Positions 9,713 to 18,395 of a DNA stretch of 64,000 nucleotides are shown one piece after another. A program made the position numbers and the translations under genes. The DNA comes from Thermoplasmata archaeon (GTDB taxonomy: Archaea > Thermoplasmatota > Thermoplasmata > Lutacidiplasmatales > UBA184). The stretch covers positions 2,508 through 66,507 of the forward strand of contig JBEKJG010000004.1 of the NCBI GenBank assembly GCA_050011355.1. The letters are read 5' to 3'. The notes beneath the pieces were generated by a model. The model was given only the letters and a program-made list of their open reading frames with translations. It made no database searches and was not told where the DNA came from. Each line of letters starts with the position of its first letter. The stretch's first letter is position 1.

Positions 9713-10657
9713 ATGCCCCGCCGTGTCGAGGATGTACGGGTCGACGACGCCCCGTCCCTGGACACGTTTGTCCGGCGGCTGGAGGCGGGGGGCGGGTTCA
9801 GCGCCAAGGGCGTCGCCGACGGGACGGACCTCCTCGCCCGGATCCTCGCCGACCGGGAGATGACGACCTTCCTCTCCTTCCCCGCCGACATCGTCGCGAC
9901 GGGGACCCGCGGGGTCCTCGCCCAGCTGGTCCGCGACGGGTACGTGGACGCGGTCATCACGACGTGCGGCACGCTCGACCACGACCTCGCCCGCTCCTTC
10001 CGCCCCTACTACCACGGCGAATGGAACCTGGACGACGCCGACCTCCACCGCCGCCATCTCTACCGGCTGGGGAACCTCGTGATCCCCGAGGCGAACTACG
10101 GGACGATCATCGAGCGCAAGATGCGCCCCATCCTGGACGGTCTCTGGAAATCGGGGACCCGGGCGCTCTCCACCGTCGACCTGTGCCGGGCGATCGGGGG
10201 TGCGATCCCGGCGAAGGCCGGTGCCTCCAGCATCCTGCGCGCCGCCTACGACCGCGACGTGCCGGTCATCGTCCCGGGGATCACCGACGGCGCGGTCGGT
10301 TCTCAGGCCTGGCTCTACTGGCAGGACCACCGCGGGCTCTCGTTCGACCTGTTCTCCGACGAGCAGCGGCTCTCCGACCTCGTCTTCGAGGCGAAGCGGA
10401 GCGGCGCGATCATGCTCGGCGGCGGGATCTCCAAGCACCACACGATCTGGTGGAACCAGTTCCGGGACGGCCTCGACGCGGCGCTCTACCTCACGACCGC
10501 GGTCGAGTGGGACGGCAGCCTCTCCGGCGCCCGGACCCGGGAAGCGATCTCGTGGGGGAAGCTCAAGTCGAACGCCCGGCACGCGACGGTCGAGGGCGAC
10601 GTGACCGTCCTCTTCCCGCTCATGGTCGGCGCGGCGCTCCAGCGCCTCCCGGAGTGA
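9713..10657 (+). CDS. dys: deoxyhypusine synthase
   Basis: Strong colinearity with eukaryotic DHS: VITTCGTLDHDL, GNLVIPEANY, ILGGGISKHH, GSLSGARTREAISWGK, LFPLMV. Confidence 0.9.
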   Translation: MPRRVEDVRVDDAPSLDTFVRRLEAGGGFSAKGVADGTDLLARILADREMTTFLSFPADIVATGTRGVLAQLVRDGYVDAVITTCGTLDHDLARSFRPYYHGEWNLDDADLHRRHLYRLGNLVIPEANYGTIIERKMRPILDGLWKSGTRALSTVDLCRAIGGAIPAKAGASSILRAAYDRDVPVIVPGITDGAVGSQAWLYWQDHRGLSFDLFSDEQRLSDLVFEAKRSGAIMLGGGISKHHTIWWNQFRDGLDAALYLTTAVEWDGSLSGARTREAISWGKLKSNARHATVEGDVTVLFPLMVGAALQRLPE

Positions 10658-10714
10658 CCGGCGACCGGTTCCGAGCCTTTATCTCTGGGGGGCCAGTCGC
10701 CCCGAACCGTCCGC

Positions 10715-10787
10715 GGGCCCGTAGCTCAGTCGGTAGAGCAGGCGGCTCTTAACCGCAAGGTCAGGGGTTCGAATCCCCTCGGGCCCG
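10715..10787 (+). tRNA. tRNA-Lys (anticodon CUU)
   Basis: Cloverleaf by eye: acceptor GGGCCCG/CGGGCCC, D-arm GCTC…GAGC, anticodon loop CT-CTT-AA, T-arm AGGGG-TTCGAAT-CCCCT, discriminator G. No encoded CCA. TATA-like CTTTATCT about 30 nt upstream. Confidence 0.85.
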
Positions 10788-10802
10788 TCGACCTCGGCAC
10801 CC

Positions 10803-11651
10803 CTACGACTTGCGCCAGATCCCTTCCCACTGGTCCCAATGCCCGCCCGCCGGGGGTGGTCGAGTGGAGACCACGCGTCGAAGCGGGAGCAGGGGCTGGA
10901 ACGACCCAGCGAACAGCGCGGCCAGTTCCCGCTCACTGAAGAAGTGGACGAGCAGTCCTTGCTTGGGCCCCGAACGGTAGCGAATCGTTTCGGAACCCTC
11001 CGGGTAGGCCTCGATCCGCTCGGTCGCGTACTGGTACTCGGTGCCGACCGCATTGACCCGGAGGCAGAACAGGCCACCCCGCTCCAACCGTTCCTGGGCC
11101 GCCACCAGGTTCACGTGACAGACAGCGCGGTCGCCGTGCTGGAACACCTGGATGCCGATGACCAGGGGGAATCGAGTCCCGGCGGGCAAGCCGTCCACCT
11201 CACCGACGAGGAGTCGGCCCCGGTACTGCGGGGCCCGCCGCGCGAGTTGTTCAATCGCGACCGAGGACACGTCCAGGCCCGTCAAATCGAGTCCGGCGTC
11301 ACTCAGCGGGATGAAGTTCCGTCCATTCCCGCAGCCCACGTAGAGCCCCCGGGCGATCCCCCATTGGCGGCTGAACGTGAGGATGTCGTGAACGAACGGA
11401 ACCGGTGCCTCCCCCGCGTAGCGACCGGCGCGATACTCCCCGTCCCACGATTCGGCCACTTCCGTAGTGTGCGGGCGATCCACGTTCGACGTAACGGAGG
11501 ATGCGGACAAGAAGCCGTGCCCTGCGTCCAGGACAGGACCGCGTGAGCAGGCGGCCGAGAGAGCGGGGAGGGCCGTCGGGCCCGAACCCGTGAACCTTGG
11601 GATCCCCTCGGGCCCGCCTCGCGCGTCGTGCGCGTCGGGACAAAAGGTCAA
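10803..11651 (-). CDS. class I SAM-dependent methyltransferase (start uncertain: TTG 11651 or GTG 11459)
   Basis: Motif I LYVGCGNGRN. ORF-track start is a TTG inside the AT-rich promoter island. The first ~60 aa are low complexity, so the GTG at 11459 is an alternative. Confidence 0.65.
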   Translation of the reverse strand: MTFCPDAHDARGGPEGIPRFTGSGPTALPALSAACSRGPVLDAGHGFLSASSVTSNVDRPHTTEVAESWDGEYRAGRYAGEAPVPFVHDILTFSRQWGIARGLYVGCGNGRNFIPLSDAGLDLTGLDVSSVAIEQLARRAPQYRGRLLVGEVDGLPAGTRFPLVIGIQVFQHGDRAVCHVNLVAAQERLERGGLFCLRVNAVGTEYQYATERIEAYPEGSETIRYRSGPKQGLLVHFFSERELAALFAGSFQPLLPLRRVVSTRPPPAGGHWDQWEGIWRKS

Positions 11652-11677
11652 TATACATGACAGTCAATATACTTGAC
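11646..11677. promoter_or_regulatory. AT-rich divergent promoter/operator: direct repeat GTCAATATAC x2 and near-palindrome GTCAA-N5-TTGAC directly upstream of the MarR ATG
   Basis: GTCAATATAC at 11647-11656 and 11663-11672. GTCAATATACTTGAC at 11663-11677 ends 3 nt before the MarR ATG at 11680. It is the only AT-rich island in about 1 kb. Confidence 0.45.
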
Positions 11678-11679
11678 TA

Positions 11680-12165
11680 ATGACGAGGCGGTCCCTGACC
11701 CAAGATGCTTACCGGAACGTGCCCCTCTCGGCCCTGCTCTACGTGACCCGTGGGACGTACACTGCCGCCGTTCGCCACGCCCAGGCGAAGGTTGGGTGCG
11801 GGGATGTCCCGGCGGCCGGAGAACTCATCCTCAACGCGATGGAGTGGAGCGGGGCTTCGTTCGAATCGGTGGTTCGGTTTCTGGGTATCTCCAAGCAGGC
11901 CGTCAGCCAGACAGTGGAAATGCTCGTGGCCCGTGGGTACCTGGACCGGGCCCAGGACCCCGTGGACCGGCGCCGGGTGAAACTCAGCTTGACCCAGCGT
12001 GGGCACACCGCCGGGAGGGCGGGGCGCGCGGGCATTGTGCAGGTCGACCACGAGCTGACCTCGCGCGTGGGGGCGCAGCGGGTGGCCCACGCCCGCGAGA
12101 CGCTGGTCGCTCTCCTTGAGATCAAACGTACGAACGAGCGCCGAGGACGCCCGGAGGGATCATGA
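11680..12165 (+). CDS. MarR-family transcriptional regulator
   Basis: wHTH core LGISKQAVSQTVEMLVARGYLDRAQDPVDRRRVKLSLTQRG is typical of MarR. Stop overlaps the next ATG (ATGA). Confidence 0.8.
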   Translation: MTRRSLTQDAYRNVPLSALLYVTRGTYTAAVRHAQAKVGCGDVPAAGELILNAMEWSGASFESVVRFLGISKQAVSQTVEMLVARGYLDRAQDPVDRRRVKLSLTQRGHTAGRAGRAGIVQVDHELTSRVGAQRVAHARETLVALLEIKRTNERRGRPEGS

Positions 12166-13247
12166 CCGAGCGACCGCTCGCCCGATTGGCGGACCGGGAG
12201 GACGATTACGTCCGACTCGGCCTTCCGCGCGGCTGCGTGGCGCCGTGGGAGGACGGGATGCGCACCTCCGGCGAGGCCGGTAGCTACGAGTGGTGGTACT
12301 TCGACTCGCACCTGGAGGACGGGACGTCACTCGTCGTCACGTTCTACACGAAGTGGATCCTGCAACCGAAGGGCCCGGAGGCGCCAATGGTCCAGGTAGA
12401 CCTGGACCGGCCCGGGAAGCCGTCCCAGCAGGTGATCATCCACGCCCCTCCGGAGCAGTTCCAAGCCAGCAAGGACCGATGTGACGTCCGGGTGAAGGAC
12501 TGCTACTTCCGAGGAGACCTGCACACCTACCAGATCAAGGTCGTGAACGAGAGCCTCACGGTCGAGGCGGAGCTGGTCGGGCAAGTGCCTTCCTGGCGAC
12601 CGGCGACCGGCTTCACGTACTTCGGACCTCACGACGAGCACACGTTCGCCTGGATGCCCGCGGTCCCGCAGGGGAAAGTGACCGTGACCCTCACGGAGAA
12701 AGGCTCCGCGCCCGTGACGCTCACCGGAGTGGGCTACCACGACCACAATTGGGGGGATGTCGTCCTGTCGAAGCTCCTCAATCATTGGTACTGGGGACGA
12801 GCCCAAGCAGGACCGTACTCGGTGATCGCCGCCTACCTCTACGCCGAGAAGGAGTACGGCCGCACCGAACTGCCCCAGATCTTGATTGCCAAGGACGGCC
12901 GGATCGTCGCCGACCAAGCGTCCAAGGTGCGACTCGTTCTCGAGGACGTGTTCACCGACCCGAAGAGCCAGAAACCCGTCGCCAACCGGGTGGTCTACGA
13001 CTACACGCAGGACGATCGGGTCCGATACCGCGTGATTTTCCAGCGCAGTGAGACCATTCTCGACTACAAGCTCGCGGACACGGTCACGGGGTTCAAGCAT
13101 GTTCTCGCCCGAATGGCGCGCGTGGACGGAGCGTACCTCCGGTTCAGCGGCACCGTGACGGTCGAGAAGTACGAAGGTGGAACGATGGTGGAAAAGGCGA
13201 GCGACCCGGGAATCTGGGAGTTGATGTATCTCGGCCATGTCGAGTAA
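12162..13247 (+). CDS. CrtC/AttH-like (hydroxyneurosporene synthase family, lipocalin-like) protein
   Basis: N-terminal SYEWWYFDSHLEDG…VVTFY pattern and GYHDHNWG recalled from the CrtC/AttH family. Assignment is from memory only. Confidence 0.45.
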   Translation: MTERPLARLADREDDYVRLGLPRGCVAPWEDGMRTSGEAGSYEWWYFDSHLEDGTSLVVTFYTKWILQPKGPEAPMVQVDLDRPGKPSQQVIIHAPPEQFQASKDRCDVRVKDCYFRGDLHTYQIKVVNESLTVEAELVGQVPSWRPATGFTYFGPHDEHTFAWMPAVPQGKVTVTLTEKGSAPVTLTGVGYHDHNWGDVVLSKLLNHWYWGRAQAGPYSVIAAYLYAEKEYGRTELPQILIAKDGRIVADQASKVRLVLEDVFTDPKSQKPVANRVVYDYTQDDRVRYRVIFQRSETILDYKLADTVTGFKHVLARMARVDGAYLRFSGTVTVEKYEGGTMVEKASDPGIWELMYLGHVE

Positions 13248-14844
13248 AAGCAATCCGAAGTCGACCGCTCGGCGACCGCGCCATGCGGGGGGTTCGCAGA
13301 ACAGCGGAGCGGCGCCGACGAAGCCCGCCCAGCGCTCGGGTCCCGCTCCCTCGGAGGGCGACCTTCCCGCGCAGCTCGAGCGCCTCCTCGCGGGGACCGG
13401 AGTGGGTCCCTCCGACACCGGAGGAGCGATCTCCTTCACCGGCCAGGACCCCCTCTTCCCGAGTGCGATCCGTCTCGGCTCGGTGTTCGCGCTCTCGGCG
13501 ATGGCCGCCGCGGTGGGCGCCGCGACCATCTGGAAGATGCGCACGGGGAAGAGCCAAGACCTCTCGATCGACCTGCGCACGGCATCGCACGGGATTGACC
13601 CCGAACTCACCTTTGGCCCGACCATCAACGGTTGGCCGTATCCGAACCCGATCGGCAACGCCCACCCGTTCTCCGTGTTCCCGTTCGCGACGAAGGATGG
13701 TCGGTGGGTCTACCCCTCGGCGGTGTATCCGGCCCAGCAGTTCGCCTGGACGAACTTCTTCAACTGCGGGGCCAACCACCACAGCGTCGCCGCGGCCATC
13801 AGCAAGTGGGATTCCCTCGAACTCGAGGACGCGGCGAACGAAGCCGGCCATACGCTATGCATTGCCCGGACGGCCGACGAGTGGGCCCGGCACCCTCAGG
13901 GCCAGTATCTCGCCCAGGAGCCGGTGATCGCGGTGCGGAAGATCGCCGAGGGCGACCCGCAACCGCTCGGCCCGGCCAAGCGCCCCCTCGACGGCATTCG
14001 GGTCCTATCGGCCACGCACGCCGTGGCCGGGCCCGTGGTCGGGCGGACGCTGGCGGAACAGGGAGCTCAGGTCCTCCAGTTCAACCGCTCGGACGAGTTC
14101 GAGCACCCGTGGGTCTACGACGACGCGAACGTCGGATTCCGGTCCACGTTCCTGGATCTTCGGCGGCCCGACAGCCGCGCGAAGGCACTTGCTCTAGCAA
14201 GGCAGGCCGACGTCTTCGTGGACAACTTCCGGGGACGTAAGCTCGCGGACTATGGACTCTCCCCGGAACAGCTCGCCGATGGTCACCGGGGGATCGTGGT
14301 CGTGAGCGTCCGGTGCTACGGATGGGGCGGCCCCTGGTCGGAGCGGGGCGGCTTCGACATGCTCGGGTCGGCCGCCTCGGGGGTCGCCATGGCGGAGGGA
14401 GAGAACGGAAAGCCCTCGATGCCGCCGACCGCGCTGATCAATGACTACGTGACGGGGTACATAGGGGCGGCCGGGGCAACGGCCGCGCTCGTCCGCCGGG
14501 CGAAGGAAGGCGGTAGCTACCACGTCACGGTAAGCCTCGCTCGCAACGCGATGTGGTACCTGTCGCTCGGCCTGGTCCCCCCCCAGGAACGCACCTTCGC
14601 GGAGAATCCGTTCCGCCGCTTCGACTCGCTATCCGCCAAGCCGGCCGAGTTGATGCCCATCGTACTGAAGTTGCGACAACGCCTCCTTCCGCCCGAGCTC
14701 ATCGAATGCGACACTCCACTCGGCCGGGTCCGGCGATTGGCACCCGCGGTCCACTTCTCGCGAACGCCCGGTGCGTGGAACAATCCGATCCTCAGCCCGA
14801 TGGGTTCCGCCGCGCCGACCTGGCTGGACGCCGGTGCTCCTTAG
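13237..14844 (+). CDS. CoA-transferase family III (CaiB/BaiF-like), atypical 535-aa architecture
   Basis: Canonical N-terminal CaiB motif LDGIRVLSATHAVAGPVVGRTLAEQGAQV appears only at residue ~250, preceded by a segment resembling the C-terminal half of family-III enzymes. Confidence 0.65.
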   Translation: MSSKSNPKSTARRPRHAGGSQNSGAAPTKPAQRSGPAPSEGDLPAQLERLLAGTGVGPSDTGGAISFTGQDPLFPSAIRLGSVFALSAMAAAVGAATIWKMRTGKSQDLSIDLRTASHGIDPELTFGPTINGWPYPNPIGNAHPFSVFPFATKDGRWVYPSAVYPAQQFAWTNFFNCGANHHSVAAAISKWDSLELEDAANEAGHTLCIARTADEWARHPQGQYLAQEPVIAVRKIAEGDPQPLGPAKRPLDGIRVLSATHAVAGPVVGRTLAEQGAQVLQFNRSDEFEHPWVYDDANVGFRSTFLDLRRPDSRAKALALARQADVFVDNFRGRKLADYGLSPEQLADGHRGIVVVSVRCYGWGGPWSERGGFDMLGSAASGVAMAEGENGKPSMPPTALINDYVTGYIGAAGATAALVRRAKEGGSYHVTVSLARNAMWYLSLGLVPPQERTFAENPFRRFDSLSAKPAELMPIVLKLRQRLLPPELIECDTPLGRVRRLAPAVHFSRTPGAWNNPILSPMGSAAPTWLDAGAP

Positions 14845-14964
14845 CGGTGCAAATCCGGCCGCGAGGTACTCGAATGGCCAGTCAGTCGAATCCCCTCGGG
14901 CCGGTCGACCCCGACTCCCGGATCGTCCACGTCCTCGGGCCGTCTCGGGGCACGTTCGGCCGAT

Positions 14965-17952
14965 TTACTTGTACGTTTCCTCGTCCCATTCCTCGGGCGC
15001 GGGCGCCGTCGGCGGAGGCGGTGCCGGCGCCCGGCGTCGGCGGAGGACGAGAACGACGGCTACAATGGCCACAAGGACCACCACGGCCACGATGAGGAGG
15101 TCGAACGTCGAACCCGACAGGCCCAGCACGGAGGTCGACGCGCTCGCCGTGACGTTCGCATACGCCTGGGCGGTCGCGGAGACGCCGAACGAGTCGTGCA
15201 CGGTGACGGTCACGAGGTAGTTCCCGGTGGCCGTGGGCGTGCACGCCAGCACGGAGGTGTTCTGGCTGCCGCAGCCGGTGGGCAGACCGGTATAGGAATA
15301 GGAGAATCCCCCGCTCCCGTCGGTCGCGCTCGCTTGGAGGTCCAGCGAATTCCCAAGCGTCGTCGGCCCGCCGTTCGCGACCAACAGGGTGACCGACGGG
15401 TCGCGGTGGACGGTGAGCAGGCTGGACCCGGCCATCGTCTGGCCGAGCGCGTCCGTCACGGTCACGGTCACCCGGAAGGTCCCCGCGACGGCGGGCGTAC
15501 AGGACACCGACGTCGACGACGCGACGCCCGCGCATCCCCGGGGAAGAACGTTGAACACGATCGTGTATGGCGACGTCCCACCTTCGGGGACTACGTCGAT
15601 CGTCACGTTCTGGCCCAGGTCGATCGCCCCCGGGGTCGCCGTGACATTCGGTAGCGACATCGTGGGGTTCACCGTGAGCGAGAAGTTCTCGAAGATCGTG
15701 AAACCGGCCCCGTCGGTCGCCCGGGCCTTTATCGTGAAATTCCCCGTCACGGACGGAGTGCAGGCGTTCGCCGCGCTGTTGCCGAGCCGGCACCCTGCGG
15801 GGGCACCGGAGTAGACGAAGTTGACCGGGCCGGTCCCCCCGGTGACGTTCGCCCAGATCTCAACGGCGGTCCCGAGGTCGACGGCGCTCGGTGCGGCGGC
15901 CCCGGAGGTGAACGCCGGGTCCACCGCGACCTCGACCCGGACCGAGGCGTTCGCCGTCTTTCCGTCCGCGTCGGTGGCGGACAGGGTGACCTCCCCCGAC
16001 ATCGGACCGGTCGGGCTACACGTCAACATCGCCGAATCGTTCGAGGCGCACCCGGTGGGCAGCCCGGTCCACCGGTAGGTGATCGGTGGCGTCCCGCCCG
16101 TCAGAAGCCCAACGAGGCTGAGGTTCTGGTGGGCATCGAGCGAAGCCGGGAACGCGGTCAGTTGGCTGATCCCCGGTGGTTCGTTAACGCTCAGCGTCAA
16201 GGTCGCGCTGACCACGTAGTGCGCGGCGTCGGTGACATTGACCTGGACCGTGAAGTTCCCGGAGGACGCCGGTGTGCAGTCGAGCGCCGACCGGTCCGCC
16301 GAAAAACATCCGGCCGGGAGGCCGGAATACCGGTAGGCGAAGGACGGGGTCCCGCCACTCGCGTTCGTGGTGAGTACGACCGTCGCGCCGACCGTGACCA
16401 TTGCGGCCGAGGAGGTGAACGAGGCGATCGTCGGGTCGGGATTCACGACCACGGTGGCGTTCTCGGTGCCCGGAACCCCACCGGAGTCATTGCGGACGAC
16501 CACGACGGGGAACACGCCGCTCGCGTTCGGCGTGCAGCTCAGCGCCGATACGTTGGCCGAGATGCAGCCGGGTGGGAGCGTCGTGTAGTTGTACACGACG
16601 TAGCCGGGGTGACTGATCGGCTGCGCGTTGATCGTGACGGTCTGGCCCAGGTCGATCGCGCCCGGGGTGACCGAGACCGCGCCGAGTATGGACGGACCGA
16701 GCGCCCAGGTCTCGTTGCTGAAGGTCGCGTTGGAGTACTCCCCGCCGTAGGCGACCGCGTAGCCGTCCAAGGGGTCGAACGCCATCTCCAGGTACGCGAG
16801 TTTCGGCGGCGAAGCGGTCAGCGAGCTCGTCAGGCTGGTCCAGTTGCCCCCGGTGAAGTTCCACGTATCGCCGAGGGCGCCGGTCGCGGAGGTTGGATCG
16901 GTCGAGCCGCCGTAGAGGAGGAGCGTCTTCGCGAGGGGGGAGTACGTGAGGCCGTAGTAGACCCGGGCGGACGGGTGGACCGAGGGCGAGAGCGCCGACC
17001 AGGTCAGGTTGTGATACTCCCACGTGCTGAAGTCGGGCGCGGCGCATGCGAACGACGTGCAACCCCCGAACACGACGGTGTAGTTGTCCGCCGGGTCGTA
17101 CGCCATGCTCGCCCGGAACCGGGGGGGAGGGCTCCCCGTGACGTTGAGGAGCGTCCAATCTCCGTGGAGGAACTCCCAGGTGTCCGAGTACGTCGCGGCC
17201 AGGGTCGTCCCGCCGTACATGAGGACGTAGCCGTCGCCCGCGTCGTACGTCATCAGCGGCCTCCAGCGGGCCCCGGGGGTCTGGTTCGTCGAGCCGGTGA
17301 GGTTTGTCCAGGTGCCGTGCACGTAGGTCCACGTCTCGTTGTTGATGAGCCCCGAGGGGAGCGAGTACCCGCCAAACATGACGGCGTACCCATCGGCCGC
17401 GTCCCAGGCGATGCCCGCGAGATACCGGGCACTGGGGGCATTGGAGGGGGTCAGCTCGGTCCACTGTCCGTGCGCGAACGCCCAGGTGTCCGAGAAGGCT
17501 CCCGACGCGTCCGCACCGCCGAACAGGAGGACGTATCCGTCCACGGGGTCGAACACCATCATCGGCAGATAGCGGGCGGACGGGGCGTTGGCCTCGACAT
17601 TGGTGAGGTCCGTCCACGTCCTCGGATTCACGCCGGACGCCGCGGGGTGAGCGGAGGGCGCGACGGTGGAGGGTGGGCAAGTTTGCCCGAGCAGCTTCGA
17701 CGCTTGGCAGGTGAGATTGGCGGTGGACTGCAGTACCGGGGAGGCGGTCCGGTCGGTGGGTGCGGCGGCCCCAGTCCCGCCCCTCATAACGGAGGGCACA
17801 GGGGATGGGGTCGAGATCACGCCCACGAGGACGACCAGAATCGCGACCCACATCGGCAGAGAGGCGCTCCGGCTCCGTCTGCCCCTCGGAGCCGACCGGT
17901 GGGGTCGAAGGCGGACGGCGGTCACTCCCGGGGGGAACGGTCCGTCGGTCAT
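14965..17952 (-). CDS. type-I membrane surface glycoprotein: signal/TM, Kelch-type beta-propeller, ~6 Cys-pair Ig/PKD-like repeats, C-terminal TM + 35-aa cytoplasmic tail
   Basis: Kelch-like blades (FDPVDGYVLLFGG…, WDAADGYAVMFGG…). Repeats of the pattern Y..LP.GC……L.CTP…G.F.V. Dozens of N-x-S/T sequons. C-terminus LLIVAVVVLVAIVAVVLVLRRRR + PAPPPP…EEWDEETYK. Confidence 0.75.
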   Translation of the reverse strand: MTDGPFPPGVTAVRLRPHRSAPRGRRSRSASLPMWVAILVVLVGVISTPSPVPSVMRGGTGAAAPTDRTASPVLQSTANLTCQASKLLGQTCPPSTVAPSAHPAASGVNPRTWTDLTNVEANAPSARYLPMMVFDPVDGYVLLFGGADASGAFSDTWAFAHGQWTELTPSNAPSARYLAGIAWDAADGYAVMFGGYSLPSGLINNETWTYVHGTWTNLTGSTNQTPGARWRPLMTYDAGDGYVLMYGGTTLAATYSDTWEFLHGDWTLLNVTGSPPPRFRASMAYDPADNYTVVFGGCTSFACAAPDFSTWEYHNLTWSALSPSVHPSARVYYGLTYSPLAKTLLLYGGSTDPTSATGALGDTWNFTGGNWTSLTSSLTASPPKLAYLEMAFDPLDGYAVAYGGEYSNATFSNETWALGPSILGAVSVTPGAIDLGQTVTINAQPISHPGYVVYNYTTLPPGCISANVSALSCTPNASGVFPVVVVRNDSGGVPGTENATVVVNPDPTIASFTSSAAMVTVGATVVLTTNASGGTPSFAYRYSGLPAGCFSADRSALDCTPASSGNFTVQVNVTDAAHYVVSATLTLSVNEPPGISQLTAFPASLDAHQNLSLVGLLTGGTPPITYRWTGLPTGCASNDSAMLTCSPTGPMSGEVTLSATDADGKTANASVRVEVAVDPAFTSGAAAPSAVDLGTAVEIWANVTGGTGPVNFVYSGAPAGCRLGNSAANACTPSVTGNFTIKARATDGAGFTIFENFSLTVNPTMSLPNVTATPGAIDLGQNVTIDVVPEGGTSPYTIVFNVLPRGCAGVASSTSVSCTPAVAGTFRVTVTVTDALGQTMAGSSLLTVHRDPSVTLLVANGGPTTLGNSLDLQASATDGSGGFSYSYTGLPTGCGSQNTSVLACTPTATGNYLVTVTVHDSFGVSATAQAYANVTASASTSVLGLSGSTFDLLIVAVVVLVAIVAVVLVLRRRRAPAPPPPTAPAPEEWDEETYK

Positions 17953-18198
17953 CTATGTTTGCACGGGTGTAAACCGGTTCGTTGGGTTGGGCTCCCCGAG
18001 GAGGGAGGCCCTGACGGGGATTCCCTGCTACGGGAGTCAATGAGAGCCGCCCCGGCCCGGTTGAAAGGGCCGGTCGTGGATCCTGGCGGAGATGTTCGCC
18101 CTTCTGCGGCCATGAGAAGGGCCTCTGGGATTCGTCGGTGAATGGGGACGCGGTTCCGACGGAGAGCCGTGGTCGGACGGACATGCCGGGTTCCGGGT

Positions 18199-18210
18199 CG
18201 AATGCCGACC
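18199..18210. repeat. 12-nt direct repeat CGAATGCCGACC, copy 1
   Basis: Exact copy also at 18321-18332; both lie in the 443-nt gap upstream of the CDGSH gene. Confidence 0.5.
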
Positions 18211-18320
18211 GTGTGGGCGTTGTGCCCGACCGGTACCGACCGCGGTGAGGGCCCGGGCCCTGCGAGGGTCGACCCCGCAGGTTCATCTTTCGGGAGGGAG
18301 TGCGGGACCCACAGGCGAAC

Positions 18321-18332
18321 CGAATGCCGACC
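18321..18332. repeat. 12-nt direct repeat CGAATGCCGACC, copy 2
   Basis: 122 nt downstream of copy 1 and 64 nt upstream of ATG 18396. Confidence 0.5.
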
Positions 18333-18395
18333 ACCAGCTCCGCACGGAACCCCAAGAAGAACGCGCAGCCAAACCACCCGGGGGAGGTCGAGGGG

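Noticed and set aside
17800-17952. PGF-CTERM/archaeosortase signal or S-layer anchor on the two giant surface proteins
   Set aside because: Both end with a TM helix followed by a 35-60-aa charged cytoplasmic tail and lack a PGF motif, so they look like conventional type-I membrane proteins.
17953-18395. Possible RNase P or SRP RNA in the 443-nt gap
   Set aside because: Only fragmentary resemblance was seen (GGGCUCC; ACAGGCGAACCGAAUGCC versus the P4 3' strand ACAGAACCCGGCUUA). I could not assemble the conserved P4 pairing or the SRP helix-8 GGAAGCAGC motif by eye. It is left as an unassigned gap in the findings.
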